NCBI RefSeq assembly: GCF_009834535.1
Contig: NC_045707.1
Location: forward strand, 45,820,001 to 45,884,000
Direction of reading: 5' to 3'
Source: Camelus ferus
Taxonomy: Eukaryota
DNA length: 64,000 nucleotides
The notes under the pieces are model-generated. The model made no database searches, was not told where the DNA came from, and saw only the letters and a program-made list of their open reading frames with translations. Positions 13,903 through 26,815 of this stretch are shown here, piece by piece. The translations under genes were made by a program, and so were the position numbers. Positions within the stretch are counted from its first letter, which is position 1. Every line of letters begins with the position of its first letter.

Positions 13903-14056
13903 TTTCTCTCTCTCTCTCTCTCTCCCTCTTCCTTCTTTTCTCTCTTTCACTCTTTCTTCCTTTTTTCCTCCCTCCCTTCCCTCTTACCCTCTCCTCCCCG
14001 CCCTTTCCTTCCCTTCCCTCTCCTCCCTTCCTTCCTTCCTATTCTCCTCTCTCTTG
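13903..14056. repeat. (TC)10 followed by a near-pure polypyrimidine tract (about 150 nt in total)
   Basis: Read directly; explains low-complexity ORFs 13854, 13947 and 13984. Confidence 0.95.
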
Positions 14057-14138
14057 GAAAGAAATAAGCTATCCCTAAAGAGGTGGTGCTCTGAACCATC
14101 TTCTGTAAAACTTTTTGGTTTCTGGGTTTGTGGGGAGG

Positions 14139-14164
14139 GTGTGTGTGTGTGTGTGTGTGTGTGT
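14139..14164. repeat. (GT)13 microsatellite
   Basis: Read directly. Confidence 0.95.
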
Positions 14165-14324
14165 TGTCTTTGGAAAAGTAATAAAATGACAAGTTTTTTT
14201 TTTAACAACTGTTGATTGAGCAAAAATTATTATTGAAAGGGCTGTCTTGAAGATTATGACTCAAACATTGGAGGATCTAAGGGTTGATGGGCAGTGGAAA
14301 GAATCAGAACATGTGTGAAATTCT

Positions 14325-14735
14325 TAAAAAATTTATTGAGTTACATTATGTTACACAATAAAAAAAAACCTTTTCACTTTTTGTAGGAAAAAAAAAACAG
14401 GTGTTTTTAAAAAGCACCAAGGAGTAAATAATGAGGTCTCTCTCTTATAGATCTTAGTCCCAGAGGCATCCATTGTTATCAGCTTCTTCTGATTGTTTCT
14501 AGAGAGACCTACTGCCATATTTGTGTTTGCCTGCATATGTATGTATACATATATACACACATGCACACATATATATGTGTTTTCCTTTTTACACAGATAG
14601 ATACACACTGGTCTGTGCCTTGACTTCTTTTTAATATAGCAGTATTCTTGGAGAGCAACCCATATCATTGTGCACAGATCTGTTTCATTTTTTAAACAAC
14701 TGTATGAATGTGCCCAATTTACTTCACCAGTTTCA
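14325..14735 (-). mobile_element. Old L1ME-like 3' fragment
   Basis: Degenerate similarity to the antisense L1ME 3' UTR. Confidence 0.5.
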
Positions 14736-17700
14736 ACTGCTTCTTTGTAGTTAAACCTTACTCTAAAATTGCTTACATAAAATGGGTGTGAACATCTGGG
14801 TAGGTTCTCTTCTGCTTTAAAGAATTTTGAATTCCATTTGTTTTTAAACCAGTTTTCAGAGTTGTCCCACGATGACTATTTTAAATAGCAGCCTCAGTGT
14901 ACTGATCTTGATTTTGTTTTTGTCATTAGGCTACAGTTTTAAAAATCTTAGTAATAAATACATTTCTGGGGAAGGAGATGGTAATGGTATTTATGAGGGT
15001 AGAAGTTGCCCCTGGAAGATGAAGCAAGCCTGTTTTTCAAAGTTCATCACTTAAAAGCCTGGTATTCCTTCCTGCAGAATCACCAAAAGCCAGATTTTAA
15101 ATAATCCTCTAGTTTATATTTCAGGGGAAGCTGGATATTTTTCTGTGTGTGTGTGTGTGGTTTTTTTTTTTTCTCCTGAAGCCATAGAACCCCAGCTTGC
15201 TAGTTTTAAAGTCTTGGTTGTTAACTAAAATTCATGAACCAGTGAATAAAAACACTAATTGTGTACATTTTATGCTGCAAGTGTTTTATTTTATTTTTTT
15301 TAAACGTGGTAACAAACTCCTGCTGTGCTATCCCTTATTTTAGTGATTTTATTTATTTTGTAGTCTGTGGTTATTAATCAAAACATTTAATCCAAAAAGT
15401 TAATATACTACATACGTGTGTTAAATTATATATATACTTTTACTGAAGTCAAGATAATATAATCATTAATTGTTAAATTGAAGTTTGCCCTAAACTATAA
15501 GCATTCTCAAAATTTTAAAAATTAATGTGTATTAAAAAACTAATGTAGATATCTTTGTGGGGGAAGGATTTCTGCTCTTAAGCTGTAATAACATCAGCTA
15601 TCTGCAGCCTTACATATTACAGAAGCATCAGGGTTTATTTTTAGTCAAAGCAGTTAGTAATGGAGAAGACCTATCAGAGGATCTGGTTTACCTCTCAGCA
15701 CGGAGGAGTCACACTTGTTGAACCTGATTTTTGTTCAAGTCTGATAAGTTTGTTTCAGACTGTGTTATCTCTTGGCTTTTGTGTTCTGTCACCCTGGCTC
15801 TGCACAGACTTAAAATAATTATGCAAGATCCTTTGTTTGGAAAACCTAAAAATATGACATGATTATATGAGTCTTGCTTTATTAGAGGATGAAAATGCCT
15901 GTGTAGGACTGTTTCCCAATTTGTGCCATGTTTCCTGAAAGAAGTAGAGAGAAAAAAATTTTTTTTTAAACTAACTTATTTTAGGGGTAGTTGCCGGGAA
16001 AATCACTTGAGTGGAGGGTAGAGAAAATTACACATGTACTGCATAATTGAGAAGAGGACCTGAAAATGAGAATAGGAATGGTTTTTAAATTGTTTTCTAT
16101 TGATTTGATTCATGGTTTTCAGCCTGATGCTGGAACCTGCAATTCCACAAGGGAACTGAAGTAAAAGAGTAAAAAGTTTTCTGATGAAACTAGATAGAAA
16201 TAATTTTCCAGTGAAAATTGTAAACCTGCTTTATATCCTTGGCATGTTATAAAACATAACTTATTTGAAAAATAGTTTTGCTAATTTTTCCATGTAATGT
16301 TTATCCTCCAAATTTTCATTGGTAGTTTTTCCCAATGAAAAACTCATTCTGTGATAAATATGAAAGTAGCCAAAGGAAACACATACCCACCAAGTCATAG
16401 TGAGACAGCATTTGCAAAAGAATTCTAACAACATCCTGAGGACTAGCCGGTTTCTGTTCAGTTTGGTCTGGGGGTAGAAATGAAAGATGACAGAAGATCA
16501 GTTATACATGTTGTGACTCGAAAATGAGAAAGAAGCTTTGAAGGTGAAAATACTGGGACGAACTTCTTTCTTCACATTTGGGAGGAATTACATGGGACCC
16601 AGAATAAAATCTCAGGCGAGAGAGGAAAAGTAACTGGATTTGTCAACAACCGAGGACAGGATTCAGTGCTTTGAAAGCATTCTTCAGTTAGCTCTGCTCC
16701 TCCTTCACCTCTCTACTCCATTCTTTCCTTCTCCCCTCCCCTTGCTGGCATCTTTAATTTAATAGAGGTTCACAAGGATGCTTCAGTGGTGAACCCTGGC
16801 AACTGTTATGCCTGACTTCACTTTGTGCATGTTTTATGTTCCTGAAAAATGCTTTGAGAAAATGAATTAAATAAGTATTTTTTTCAAAGACAGTTCCTTC
16901 TTAAAAAGAGATCATCCTCAATGGGACATCTTAACCTGAGAGAGAAATTTGCTTTACTTCCAATATAAGATTTACTGTTTATGTATAGAAAAGAACACAG
17001 ACAAGTAATTGTTTTTAGAAATGGTGGTGTTAAATAATCACTCCAATGCAAGGATCCTTGGCATGTAGGATTGAAGGAACAGTTGCCTAATCAGTAGAAA
17101 TTTACTTCTGGCTTTACTTGTCTCTGACTTTATTCCAGTGAACTTGAAAAAAAATTTTTTTTCTAGTAACAAGGCCCCTTCCTTCCCAGAAGGAAATCTG
17201 ACTTGGAAAGGATGGCCTGGGGAAGCAGAGCCCAGTTTTGACTCTTTCTGGTTGTTGTTGGAGCTTACTTTCCTTTTACTTCAGTGATCCAATTATGAAA
17301 TAACGAGGCAGGAAAGTGTGGAGGAAACACTATGTCTTGTTTCTTTAACCCGAAAAGCAAGCTGTGTTAGAATGTTATCTTTCTGGCAGTGGGAAGGAAA
17401 TAAAAGGAATGGAGGAGCCCGAACTCCATGACTGACGTAGGTGAGGAATCCTTGTTTCACTGTCAGAAATCTATAATTATCTAGATAGCTTTTAAAGCTG
17501 TTCACGGTCTTATGGGAAAATAGATTAATCAACAGTTTTTCTCTGTTCAGTCATGTAGAAATGAACACGTATGAGGATCCTAGGTGCTGTCTTTCCTGAT
17601 TTTGGTGCTAAACCCATTGTCTTTCCTTTAAAATTAGATCCTTTGTTGACATATTTCTGTTTTGATTGATGTTACCCTGATTCTGCTGTTGACTGTTCAT

Positions 17701-17920
17701 GAAACCTTCAGGGACTTGGTTTTCCCCCACCTCTTGACCCTGGCCCTGATGACTTTTTTCTCTCATATCCAGCCCTTTTCCTCCCAATTCATGATATAGC
17801 CACCCTGGTTCAGGTTGCCTGCAAGATTGAAATAACCTCCTAGATCTTCTACTTCTGCCACTATTCTACCTCCATTTCATCCTTAGTTCATTGGTTTTGG
17901 ATTACAAGATGAATACTCCT

Positions 17921-18032
17921 TTTAATGGAAAAAAATGAAAACAAATATATGTATGTATATGCATGACTGGGATATTGCATTGTACACCAGAGATAGACAC
18001 ATTGTAATTGACTGTACTTCAATTAAAAAAAA
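17921..18032 (+). mobile_element. Young 5'-truncated L1 3' end
   Basis: L1 terminus (tgtacaccagagatagacacattgtaattgactgtacttcaattaaaaa); perfect 15-bp TSD aagatgaatactcct at 17906-17920 and 18033-18047. Confidence 0.85.
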
Positions 18033-19194
18033 AAGATGAATACTCCTAAAATCCCATTTTTACCCTACTCATTTTCCTCCCTCCTAAGCTTCAGAAATCA
18101 TAATTGGTCTCTACTGTTTGCCATCCAAGTGTGTGGGGAACTCCTTTAGCTTTAGTTTAAGCTTTGATCAAGGTGCTCTCACTGATGCTGAGAAGCTTTT
18201 CTCTGGCTGGGGCCAGAGCAGGGAGGTCAGGGGCAGGTGCTTAGTTTGATTGACAGAAGAGGTGCCATTCATTCTCTTCCCTATTGGCACTAACAAGAAA
18301 GAAGCATGGTAGTGACAGGAGGTCTACTAAGAAAATCTTTGAAGTCTACTGGAAGATTTATGTCTCCTTGTTGAAGGTCTGCAGGATGAATGTAAACTCT
18401 TTAGCTGTTGTTCATGCTCCTTGACAGCCTAGCATCTGTTTTCATCTTCTCCAAATTTATTTTCCATTATTTATAGGAGACATCTGCTGCAGTCAAAATG
18501 TTTTTTGTTTGTTTGTTTGTTTTTCTGAACACCAGTATTTCTGCTTCCGCACCATTGATTATGATGCCCAGATGTCCCTTCTCCTTTAAACTGCACAGTC
18601 TTTCCAGCATTCCCTTCAAACTTTTCTTTGCAGAAAACTATCAACATATACTGTCTGAACTTCTGAAATTTAATACCCATTGCTTTCTAACATTTCTACT
18701 CATTCAGTAAAAATTATTGAAAGCCTATTATATATCAGACAGTATGCTGGGGATTCAACTGAAAAAGACAATTTCCTTGTCCTTAGGAATTTACATTTTA
18801 GTGAGAGAAACAAACATACCACCAAGTAAGATCATAAAGATTCAGAAGAGCCAAGCAAACTAATTTGGGGTAGAGAGAGGGCGGTCAGGGAAGGTTTTCT
18901 GTAGGTAAGCAATTTTCAGAACTAAAATCTCCAAGTATTTTATGGCAGTATGTTTTGATGCATGTAGTTTTAATATTTAAAGCTTTTCCCCCTTGTTTTT
19001 AAATGTTAACTTTGGTAAGCATTTATATTTCTAAATGGATGTGGCAGCCAACCGGTTACTGTCTTCTTGATAATAGCTGTCTGAATGTTGAACCCAAGAA
19101 ACAAGTCTCAGCACTCTTTAGGCAAAATAAACCTAATTTCCTCACAGGTGCCACAGCTCACTGATCATTCGAAATTTTTATACCATTGAGTCCA

Positions 19195-19333
19195 AAAGAG
19201 TGCACCAGTGAGCTGATCCAAAAAATAAAATTCTGATTCAGTGAGGTGGGGCAGGGACTGAGGTTTTGTTTTTCTAGAAAGCTTCCTGGTGATGCTGAAG
19301 CTGCTCACAGGTTGATTATGTTTTGAGTAACAG
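19195..19333. mobile_element. hAT-Charlie MER5A-like fragment
   Basis: ttctgattcagtgaggtggggcaggg...ggtgatgctgaagctgct...ttttgagtaacag. Confidence 0.6.
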
Positions 19334-20891
19334 AGTTTCAGAGAAGGTAAAGAGATAGACAATTAAAATAAAAACAATTGAAGGTGTATTCTATTTATGT
19401 GGCTGGATCCTGCAGTCTGTATATCCTAGCTGGCACTGACTCTCACTCATCTAGATCTACTAGCTACCCAGTGGGGTTGGGCTCACTTCCCTGGACCCAG
19501 AGACAAGTGAATCCTGCCAGTGATCTGAGTAGAAAGCTTCCGCTCTCCACCCCCCACCCCACCCCAGGGATGAGTCTTCTTCACGTCATGGGGAGCTATG
19601 ATAAGGTATGCACCCACCTAATTGAGACTGTGATATGATTCCCTCAGGCCCCCACACTGAGTAATAGGAAACCCAGTCTTTGGCAGAAGGAAATGTTCCT
19701 TTTGGCATTCTGCCTTCATCTAACTGGTTTGTGTAACAGTTGGGCTTCAGGAATGGCTTCTGAGTCAAGTCTGTATCCTACAGTGTATAATCAGGAACTG
19801 GCAGAAAATTTATCTTTAGCTTTTAAGATTCCTGTTAGAAATTCTTATTACTTGTAGGAGTCATCACAGTTGAGTGACCTGCCCATGACCTGGGAAAGGG
19901 GCCTGCCAGAGTGAAATGGGACTGTCTTTATTCTGCCTGAGTGTTTCCCCTGATGATTTTCTGTGGCTCTTTTACTGACTCTTCTATTCTGCAGATATTC
20001 TTAAAGACTGCAGAAAGGAAAGCAGTTGCTGTAGGCAGTTTGTTCCTAAGTCTTTACAACTAAAGCTAGAAAGAATTATTTCTTTTGCTTTACTTGGGAA
20101 CTTTCCTATGGAATTCCCCCAACAGATTCGCTGCAACAAAGGCTTTTAGATTCAAGAGATCTGTCTCAGTACAGAGTGAGAAATGTTGATGATGTCAGTC
20201 TGGCGAGGAGGAGTTGGTAAACGGTCTGGTACGGTGGTTTTCAGACTTTAGCATGTTTCCCCTAGGGGCCCTGAACCTCTAGAGTTTCTGCTTCAGCAGG
20301 TCTGGAGCTGACTCTCCATTCCTCATTCCTTCCTATGTCTTATGATGTGATTACATGAGAGGCAGTTGGTGATAACCAGGGAGGTGGGCACATGTCCGGT
20401 GTAGCACTTGAATTGTGGATTGTGATCACCGTCATTAGCTTTCAATCCTTGTAGATTTGTGAGTTGCTTTTTAAAAACAAAAAACAAACCACCGAGGCCC
20501 AAGGAAGCAGCACCTCTTGTAATGTCAGAACATTAATGTGGTAGGTAACCCAGCCCACCTTCTAGGAGGCTAGAAGATTTGTGCTAGTAGAGACCTGACC
20601 ATCTAGAATAAGGGTATATTGAAGCATAGGATGGGGACAGCTGGGAAACTTACTTACCCTCCTGTCACAAAAATACATGTTTTTCAAGATGGTCAATTTT
20701 AAACCCAAAATGAATTTGGGTTTTTGACAGCTGGGGTGGGAAAGGCGAGTTTGGCTGATATCTTTCTGTCCTTCTGAATCCCTTAGATGTGCCTTGTTTA
20801 CATCACGTGAGTAAGATGATTGATTTTGTTTGTTTTTAGTAGCATTCCTTGTTTCCAAAGGTGACTAATGTGATACTTTCTATTGAAGCAG

Positions 20892-21042
20892 TACTGGAGC
20901 ATCCCAGGAGGGACCCAATGACCTGGACCTTGGTCTTGGTGACCTTCCTTCAGATGAGGAGGAAGTCATCAACAGTTCTGATGAAGATGATGTCAGCTCT
21001 GGTTCTAGTAAAGGGGAGCCTGACCTGCTGGAAGATAAACAG
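20892..21042 (+). CDS. FGD6: FGD6 coding exon, acidic linker (TGASQEGPNDLDLGLGDLPSDEEEVINSSDEDDVSSGSSKGEPDLLEDKQ), phase 2 to 0
   Basis: Branch-like GACTAAT at 20863-20869; acceptor aagcag (alternative start 20889); in-frame TGA at 20884-20886 bounds the exon upstream; donor CAG|gtaaat; in frame with the next exon. Confidence 0.88.
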
Positions 21043-21741
21043 GTAAATGTTGATAGTTAAATGTTTCTACTTTCATGTTTATTGACCTCTCAGGACACTC
21101 AGCATGATATGTATAAAACCCCTACTTAGTTGTTTAAAACTTATAAAACATCTTTCTAGTTTAAATTTAATTCCTGCTATAATGTGGTGCCTAAGATGTT
21201 TTTGTGTTTCCAAGTATATATCGCTTAGAGACTATTCAGTAGTTTTGGAGAAATTATTTATGTTTAGGGAGAGAAAAAGATTGCTGTCAATAGTACATCA
21301 GGATTTGCTCTGAAATAATCCCGTATATTTGTGCTTTCTGTATACATGAAACAGAATTGTCCACGTGTTGGTAATTATTTAAGATGTGTCACAAGTACTT
21401 GGGGGTTCATTTTATAGTTTCTCTAGTTTGATATGACTATCTAATTCATTTTAAATCATAATTCATAAGATATATTAAATCATAAAACATAATCACAGTG
21501 GGAAAAATTAGTATACTAGCAACAGGCACAGAGTGTGTTGGAATGTTACAGGAAGATGGAGTTTGAAAGGATCCACATAGCAAGCATATCAAGCCATAGA
21601 GAAAATCTTCGTCACCTAACTCCTCTGCTATAATTTATCAGTCCCTTATGGCTCCTGTTTAATAAATTTTTCCTTTGTTTAAATTCATTTTCAGCCTTAA
21701 ATGAATGGCACATGTTGTGTAATTGTCTAGATTTAAGTACT

Positions 21742-21915
21742 AGGGTCACCACCTATGATCTGGGTAACCTTGGCCAAATTATTTAACCTCTTTAGGAAAG
21801 ATTCCCTTTTTATGAAGAAAAACATAGTACTTATAGAATTTTGACAACTAAATGATTTGATATGTATAAAGTCTTAGAATACTGTCTAGTACATGATGAG
21901 AACTCAGTGACTATT
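21742..21915 (+). mobile_element. MIR
   Basis: accttggccaaattatttaacctct...tatgtataaagtcttagaatactgtctagtacat. Confidence 0.65.
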
Positions 21916-21959
21916 TGTTTATTATTTATTACTTGCAAGACTTCATTTTTATGCTACAA

Positions 21960-22150
21960 AGTTTTGAATCATGGAATTGAGAGTAACCACTAATTTCTTT
22001 TGGGGGTAATGAAAATGTTCTAAAGTTAGATTGTGATAATGGTTGCACAACCCTGAATATATTAAAAACCATTGAATTTTACACTTTAAAATGGCAAAAA
22101 TACATTTCATGGAATGTGAATTATATTCCAATAAAGTTGCTAAAGAATAT
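21960..22150 (+). mobile_element. L1MB-like 3' end
   Basis: gggggtaatgaaaatgttctaaagttagattgtgataatggttgcacaacc...aataaag. Confidence 0.8.
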
Positions 22151-22499
22151 TTAAAATCCTGATAAATGGAAAATGATAGTGCTAAGTGGAAGATTAGTAC
22201 ACAGCAATGCATATCATGTAGTCATTAGCCAAGGATGGGCGACAAATTCAGCTTTAGCCAACTAGCAACCCAAGGAAGGAAGGTGATATCAGTTTCCAAA
22301 AGAAGAAGTCCTTCAAGTAAAAGCAGAGGAAGAGACCTTCTTTTATAACTTCTTTCTGAATTTCTACAGTGAGACAATAATGTTCCCCTGAATTTTCATG
22401 AGACTCAAACAGGATAATAGTTGCCAAAACACTTTGTAGGTCAAGAAGTTTATACACATTGAACACATGTAATGTACTTCTATAATGTTTGTGATAGGA

Positions 22500-22939
22500 T
22501 GTTTTAGTTTCCTAAGGCAGCTGTTACCAGGTACTACAAACTGAGTGGCTTAAAACAGAAATTCATTGTTCGGTAGTTCTAGAGGTCAGAATTCCAGAAT
22601 CAAGATATCACAAGGCCATGTGCCCTCTGAAACCTGTGCAGGAGAATCTTAACTTACCTCTTCCTTGTGGTTTGCCAGCAATCCTAGGAGTTCCTTGGCT
22701 TATAGCTGGTCTCTCCCTCCATCATCATATGGTATGCTCCCTTTATATGTGTGTCTGTGTCTCTTCTTATAAGGACACTAATCATATTAGATCAAGGGCC
22801 CATTATAGTCTGATATGAACTCATTTTAACTTACTAATTATATCTGAAACAGCCCTTTTTCTACATAAGATCACATTCTGAGGTCTGTGGGGTTAGGCCT
22901 TGAACATGTATTTTGGGGGACATAACTCGAACCATAACA
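22500..22939 (-). mobile_element. MaLR solo LTR (MLT1B/C-like)
   Basis: TG...CA termini; minus strand starts tgttatggttcgagttatgtcccccaaaatacatgttcaaggcctaacccc; contains acaaactgagtggcttaaaaca. Confidence 0.88.
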
Positions 22940-24619
22940 GGTACTGTTTTCATGGACATAAAGGAGGCACATCACTGATAATGTGTCTAGATGCCAATAA
23001 TGCTTCTCTATGAATGTGCCAGACTCAGAAGGAGGAAGGAGGAAAGGGTATGTACCACCATGCCCTGTCTTAACTTTGTGAAAGAAAAACGAACCGATGA
23101 TCAAAAAGTTATTACTGGAAAGGTAAAAGTGCTGCCATGAAAGGAAGAAAATTACCACTGCACCACACCTGTTTGCTTGTGCTTGTCTGTGAGCTGTGGT
23201 GCGGGTTATTACACTTAATCTTCAAAATCATCCCAGGATATGGATCTGACATATGTACGTTTTTCTTCTTTTACATGAAGAAAAGGAGTTGTTTTTTGTT
23301 TTTTTGTTTTTACTTTTTTTAAAGTACAGGTTAAGTTACTGTCCTTGGACCTCCTGAATTGGGAGTTTTAACCAAAATCTGTCCCTATTAACAACTTGGT
23401 ATAAGCCACAGAAACTGAATGATGTTGATGAAACAGCATGTTAGGGGTACAAGTGAATAGCCATCTAATGTCTATTTTTTTTTCCACATTTTAGTTCTAT
23501 ATTTTTTGGTCTTTACTTTCAGTGCTTAATACATGATTGTTCAAAAATGAGATCTATTCATTCTGCTTCAGTTATGGTTAGAATATTGACCATTGTTCAC
23601 CTTTCCTGAATGTTGACCTCCCTGCCCCCTCCAGCCCCCCTCCTTTTTTTCAAATTTTCTTTGTAAAACAGTTCTTATGATATATACCCTCTTGAAAAGA
23701 GGGGTGAAAACTTAAGAGAACTTTGTTTTTTAGAAGTTAGTCATAGTATCACCTCATTTGGGGAATAATTTAATGATGAGATGTTTCTCCAGTAGACCTG
23801 GTTGTTCAGTTTTTTTGTTTTTTAGTAGAACTCTTGAGCAGTATAGCAGAGGCATTTTACAAATTCTCTTAAGAAGTAATGGATACATTTCACTGAACTT
23901 TAATTGTAGTGAACAAATATGAAAAGAGGAGAACACAGTTAAGAATTTACAAAGCTGGGCTATTATCAAGAAATCGGATCATAAAACTGGATTTCTGATC
24001 AAAGGTTCTGTTTTGGAGTTTGTTAGAATTATTTTATGATCTTGACAAAGTAATTTCATTTGTGCCTCATCTTTCAACTTCCACAGCAGTGCACTTTGTG
24101 GAGATGAAGTTATTTAACAAGCAAACTCCTTTCAAATGCAGTGTAATTTAAGCGAGGACTTTCATTAACTGAAAAGTTCAGACACCAAATATGGCCTCTT
24201 TCTTGAGTTTTTACAGTGGGGTGTATTTTTCCATCATCGTCCAACTTGGGTCAGAATCAGTCATTGTTTTTACAAGTGAGAAATAATATAGAGCTTTTTT
24301 ATTTTGTTTTGCTTTTTGCTTATCTTTGACTTTGTATTTTAAGAATGGTTGTAATCCATTGAATCATTTTCTAATAGTTACTGTCCCTCTTTAGCTCTGT
24401 AGATTTCCTAGTCTAAAAGGTAATAGGCTTTAGAATACACAGAGTCCTAGAATTTTAGAATTGCAAAAGGCCTTATCTAGTCCAACATCCTGCTTTTTTA
24501 CATGATGAAATAGCTATAATAAGGTTTTCATTTGTTTGAGTTTATATTTTCATGTTGCTCAACACACTCAAAAGCAGTGTGCACTGGCCTTAGATTCTGA
24601 GAAGTTAACTGCATGGTGG

Positions 24620-25390
24620 ACCAGGCACTGTGCTATGCGCAGAAAGTTGTAAGGATGTATAAGTCACAGACTAGTGGGAATTTAGACATGTCAGCAAATA
24701 AACACAACTCACTGGGTTAACTCCCATACATACTATGTGAATAAAAGAATAAACTTGCCATTTGGGGATGGTGAGGAGAGACTATCAAGGCAGCCTTCAT
24801 AAAGGAGAAAACTTTTGAGTGCCATCTTGAAGGATGACTGGAATACAACAAGCAGAACTCTATAGAGAGGGGAGGAGTTGAAAAGAAAAGTCAAAGCAGA
24901 AGGAAAGGCATTGAAGGACAGACATGTAAGGGCAGAGCACTCTTGGAATTGCAGGTGGTTCCAGTTTGGCAGGAGTAGCGAGTACACAGTGTGAAGGAGT
25001 AGGAATGAGACTAGTGAAGAGAACTAGACACGTTGTGGAGTGTCTTGCACACATGGCAAAGAAAGTTCAGTCTTTGTTGCCCGTGAATGTGCTGCTGATG
25101 TGGTTCAACCTGAGAACAAATGTGATTATGTTTGCATTTTTGAACTAGTACTCTGGGGGCAGTGTAGAGAATGGGTTGCTGTGGGGTACATCTAGAGCAA
25201 GGAAGCCACTTAAGTTTACTGCAGTGGTGTAGGCAAGAAGTAAGGAGGCAATATGGAATGATAGGAAAGGATCAATTAAGCTCTAAAGAGATATTCAGAA
25301 GCACAAATCGACAAGACTGACTCAGTTGTGATCGTAGAAGGTGGAGAAGATAGAGGAATCCAGCTTTCTGGCTTTCATCAGTAGGTGTCT
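24620..25390 (-). mobile_element. L2 fragment
   Basis: ccaggcactgtgcta...purine-rich antisense L2...tttgcattttt. Confidence 0.65.
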
Positions 25391-25463
25391 ATAGTATCTA
25401 GCATGAAGGTACTTGATGGCTTATGTAAGGAATGACTGAAGGTTATCAAATACTTTCTTCTTT

Positions 25464-25540
25464 TTCTTTTTTTCTTTAATTGAAGTATAGTCAGTTATAA
25501 CATGTCAGTTTCTGGTGTACAGCATAATGTCTCCGTCATG
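25464..25540 (-). mobile_element. Short L1 3'-end fragment
   Basis: ttaattgaagtatagtcagtt...tctggtgtacagcat; 17-bp TSD with 2 mismatches at 25447-25463 and 25541-25557. Confidence 0.8.
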
Positions 25541-26064
25541 CAAATGCTTTATTCTTTGTTGTGACTCTTTCCTGATTGTCATCTTTTTCTCCTTCAAGAT
25601 GTCAGCACATTTCACAGTTGTCCTTACGTATGGTTGTTTGTATATGTGATTTGCTCCCCTTGTTCACTTCTTGAAGGCTGAAGATATTTCTTATTTATCT
25701 TTAATTCCCTCTTTTAATATCTACTTTCATGTCCCATTTCAGACCTACAGAATCAGAATTTCCCAGGTAGTTAACCTAGGAATCTGAAGTTTAAGATCAA
25801 CCTGATGGTGCTAGTGATCAGTGATGTTTTCAAGCTTAGCTGTAGAGCAATGAATCAGCTGATGGTGGAGCTGTTTTCTCCTACTGACCTTGCTATCAAA
25901 TGATGGATAGTCAGTTACTAACTTCAGATGTTTAAAAGATGGAGTAGAAAGGGCGCTTTCTTCCTCTTGTGAATGATCTCAGAAAAACAAGGAGGATAAG
26001 AAATACAAATTCTGCCTTCAGTGATACAGCTAAAACCCCGAATCACAATACGTAAGTAAGGACT

Positions 26065-26815
26065 ATCATTCCCACCAGCAATATATAAGGTTCCAGTTTC
26101 TCCACGTCTTTACCAACACTTGCTATTTTCTAATTTCTTATTATACCACTCTGTGGGTATAAAGTAGTATCTCATTGTGATTTTAATGCATTTCCCTGAT
26201 GACTAATTATGTAAATATCTTTTCATACACTTATTGGCTATTCTTATATCTTCTTTAGTGAAATGTCTATTTACCTCTTTTACCCATTTTTAACTGAGTT
26301 TTATTGAGATATAAGTGTTTTTTAATGTATTCTGGATACAGAGTCATGATTTGCAAGTATTTTTTTCCCACCTGTGGCTTATCTTTTTGTTTTCCTTATG
26401 ATGTCTTTTAAAGCATAAAGTTTAAATTTATGAAATTCAATTTATCAACATTTTTTTCTTTCATGCATCATGCTTTTGGTGTTTATCTAAAAACTATTAG
26501 CTTAAATCAAGGTCATAATGATTTTCTTCTGTGTTTTCTTCTAGAAGCTTTATAATTTTAGCTCTTACATTGAAGTCTATGATACATTTTTAGTTAATTT
26601 TTGTATATGGTGTCAGTTGGAGTATAAATTCATATTTTTGCTTGTGTTTATCCAGTTGTTACAGCAATTTTCAACCATTTGTTGAAAAAAACCGTATTAT
26701 TTTCCCATGAAATTGTCTTGACAACTTTGTCAAAAATTCACTGACCATAAATTTAAGGGTTTATTTCTTTCAATTTTTTTCCCTGTTGATCTTCGTGTCT
26801 ATCTTTATGCCAGTA
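26065..26815 (-). mobile_element. Old L1M ORF2/3' remnant
   Basis: cattcccaccagcaatatataagg; gtatctcattgtgattttaatgcatttccctgatgact; tttttgtatatggtgt. Confidence 0.85.

Noticed and set aside
20849..21046. ORF MFPKVTNVILSIEAVLEHPRR...
   Set aside because: Wrong reading frame over the real FGD6 exon; the acidic frame is the one that splices in phase to 32089
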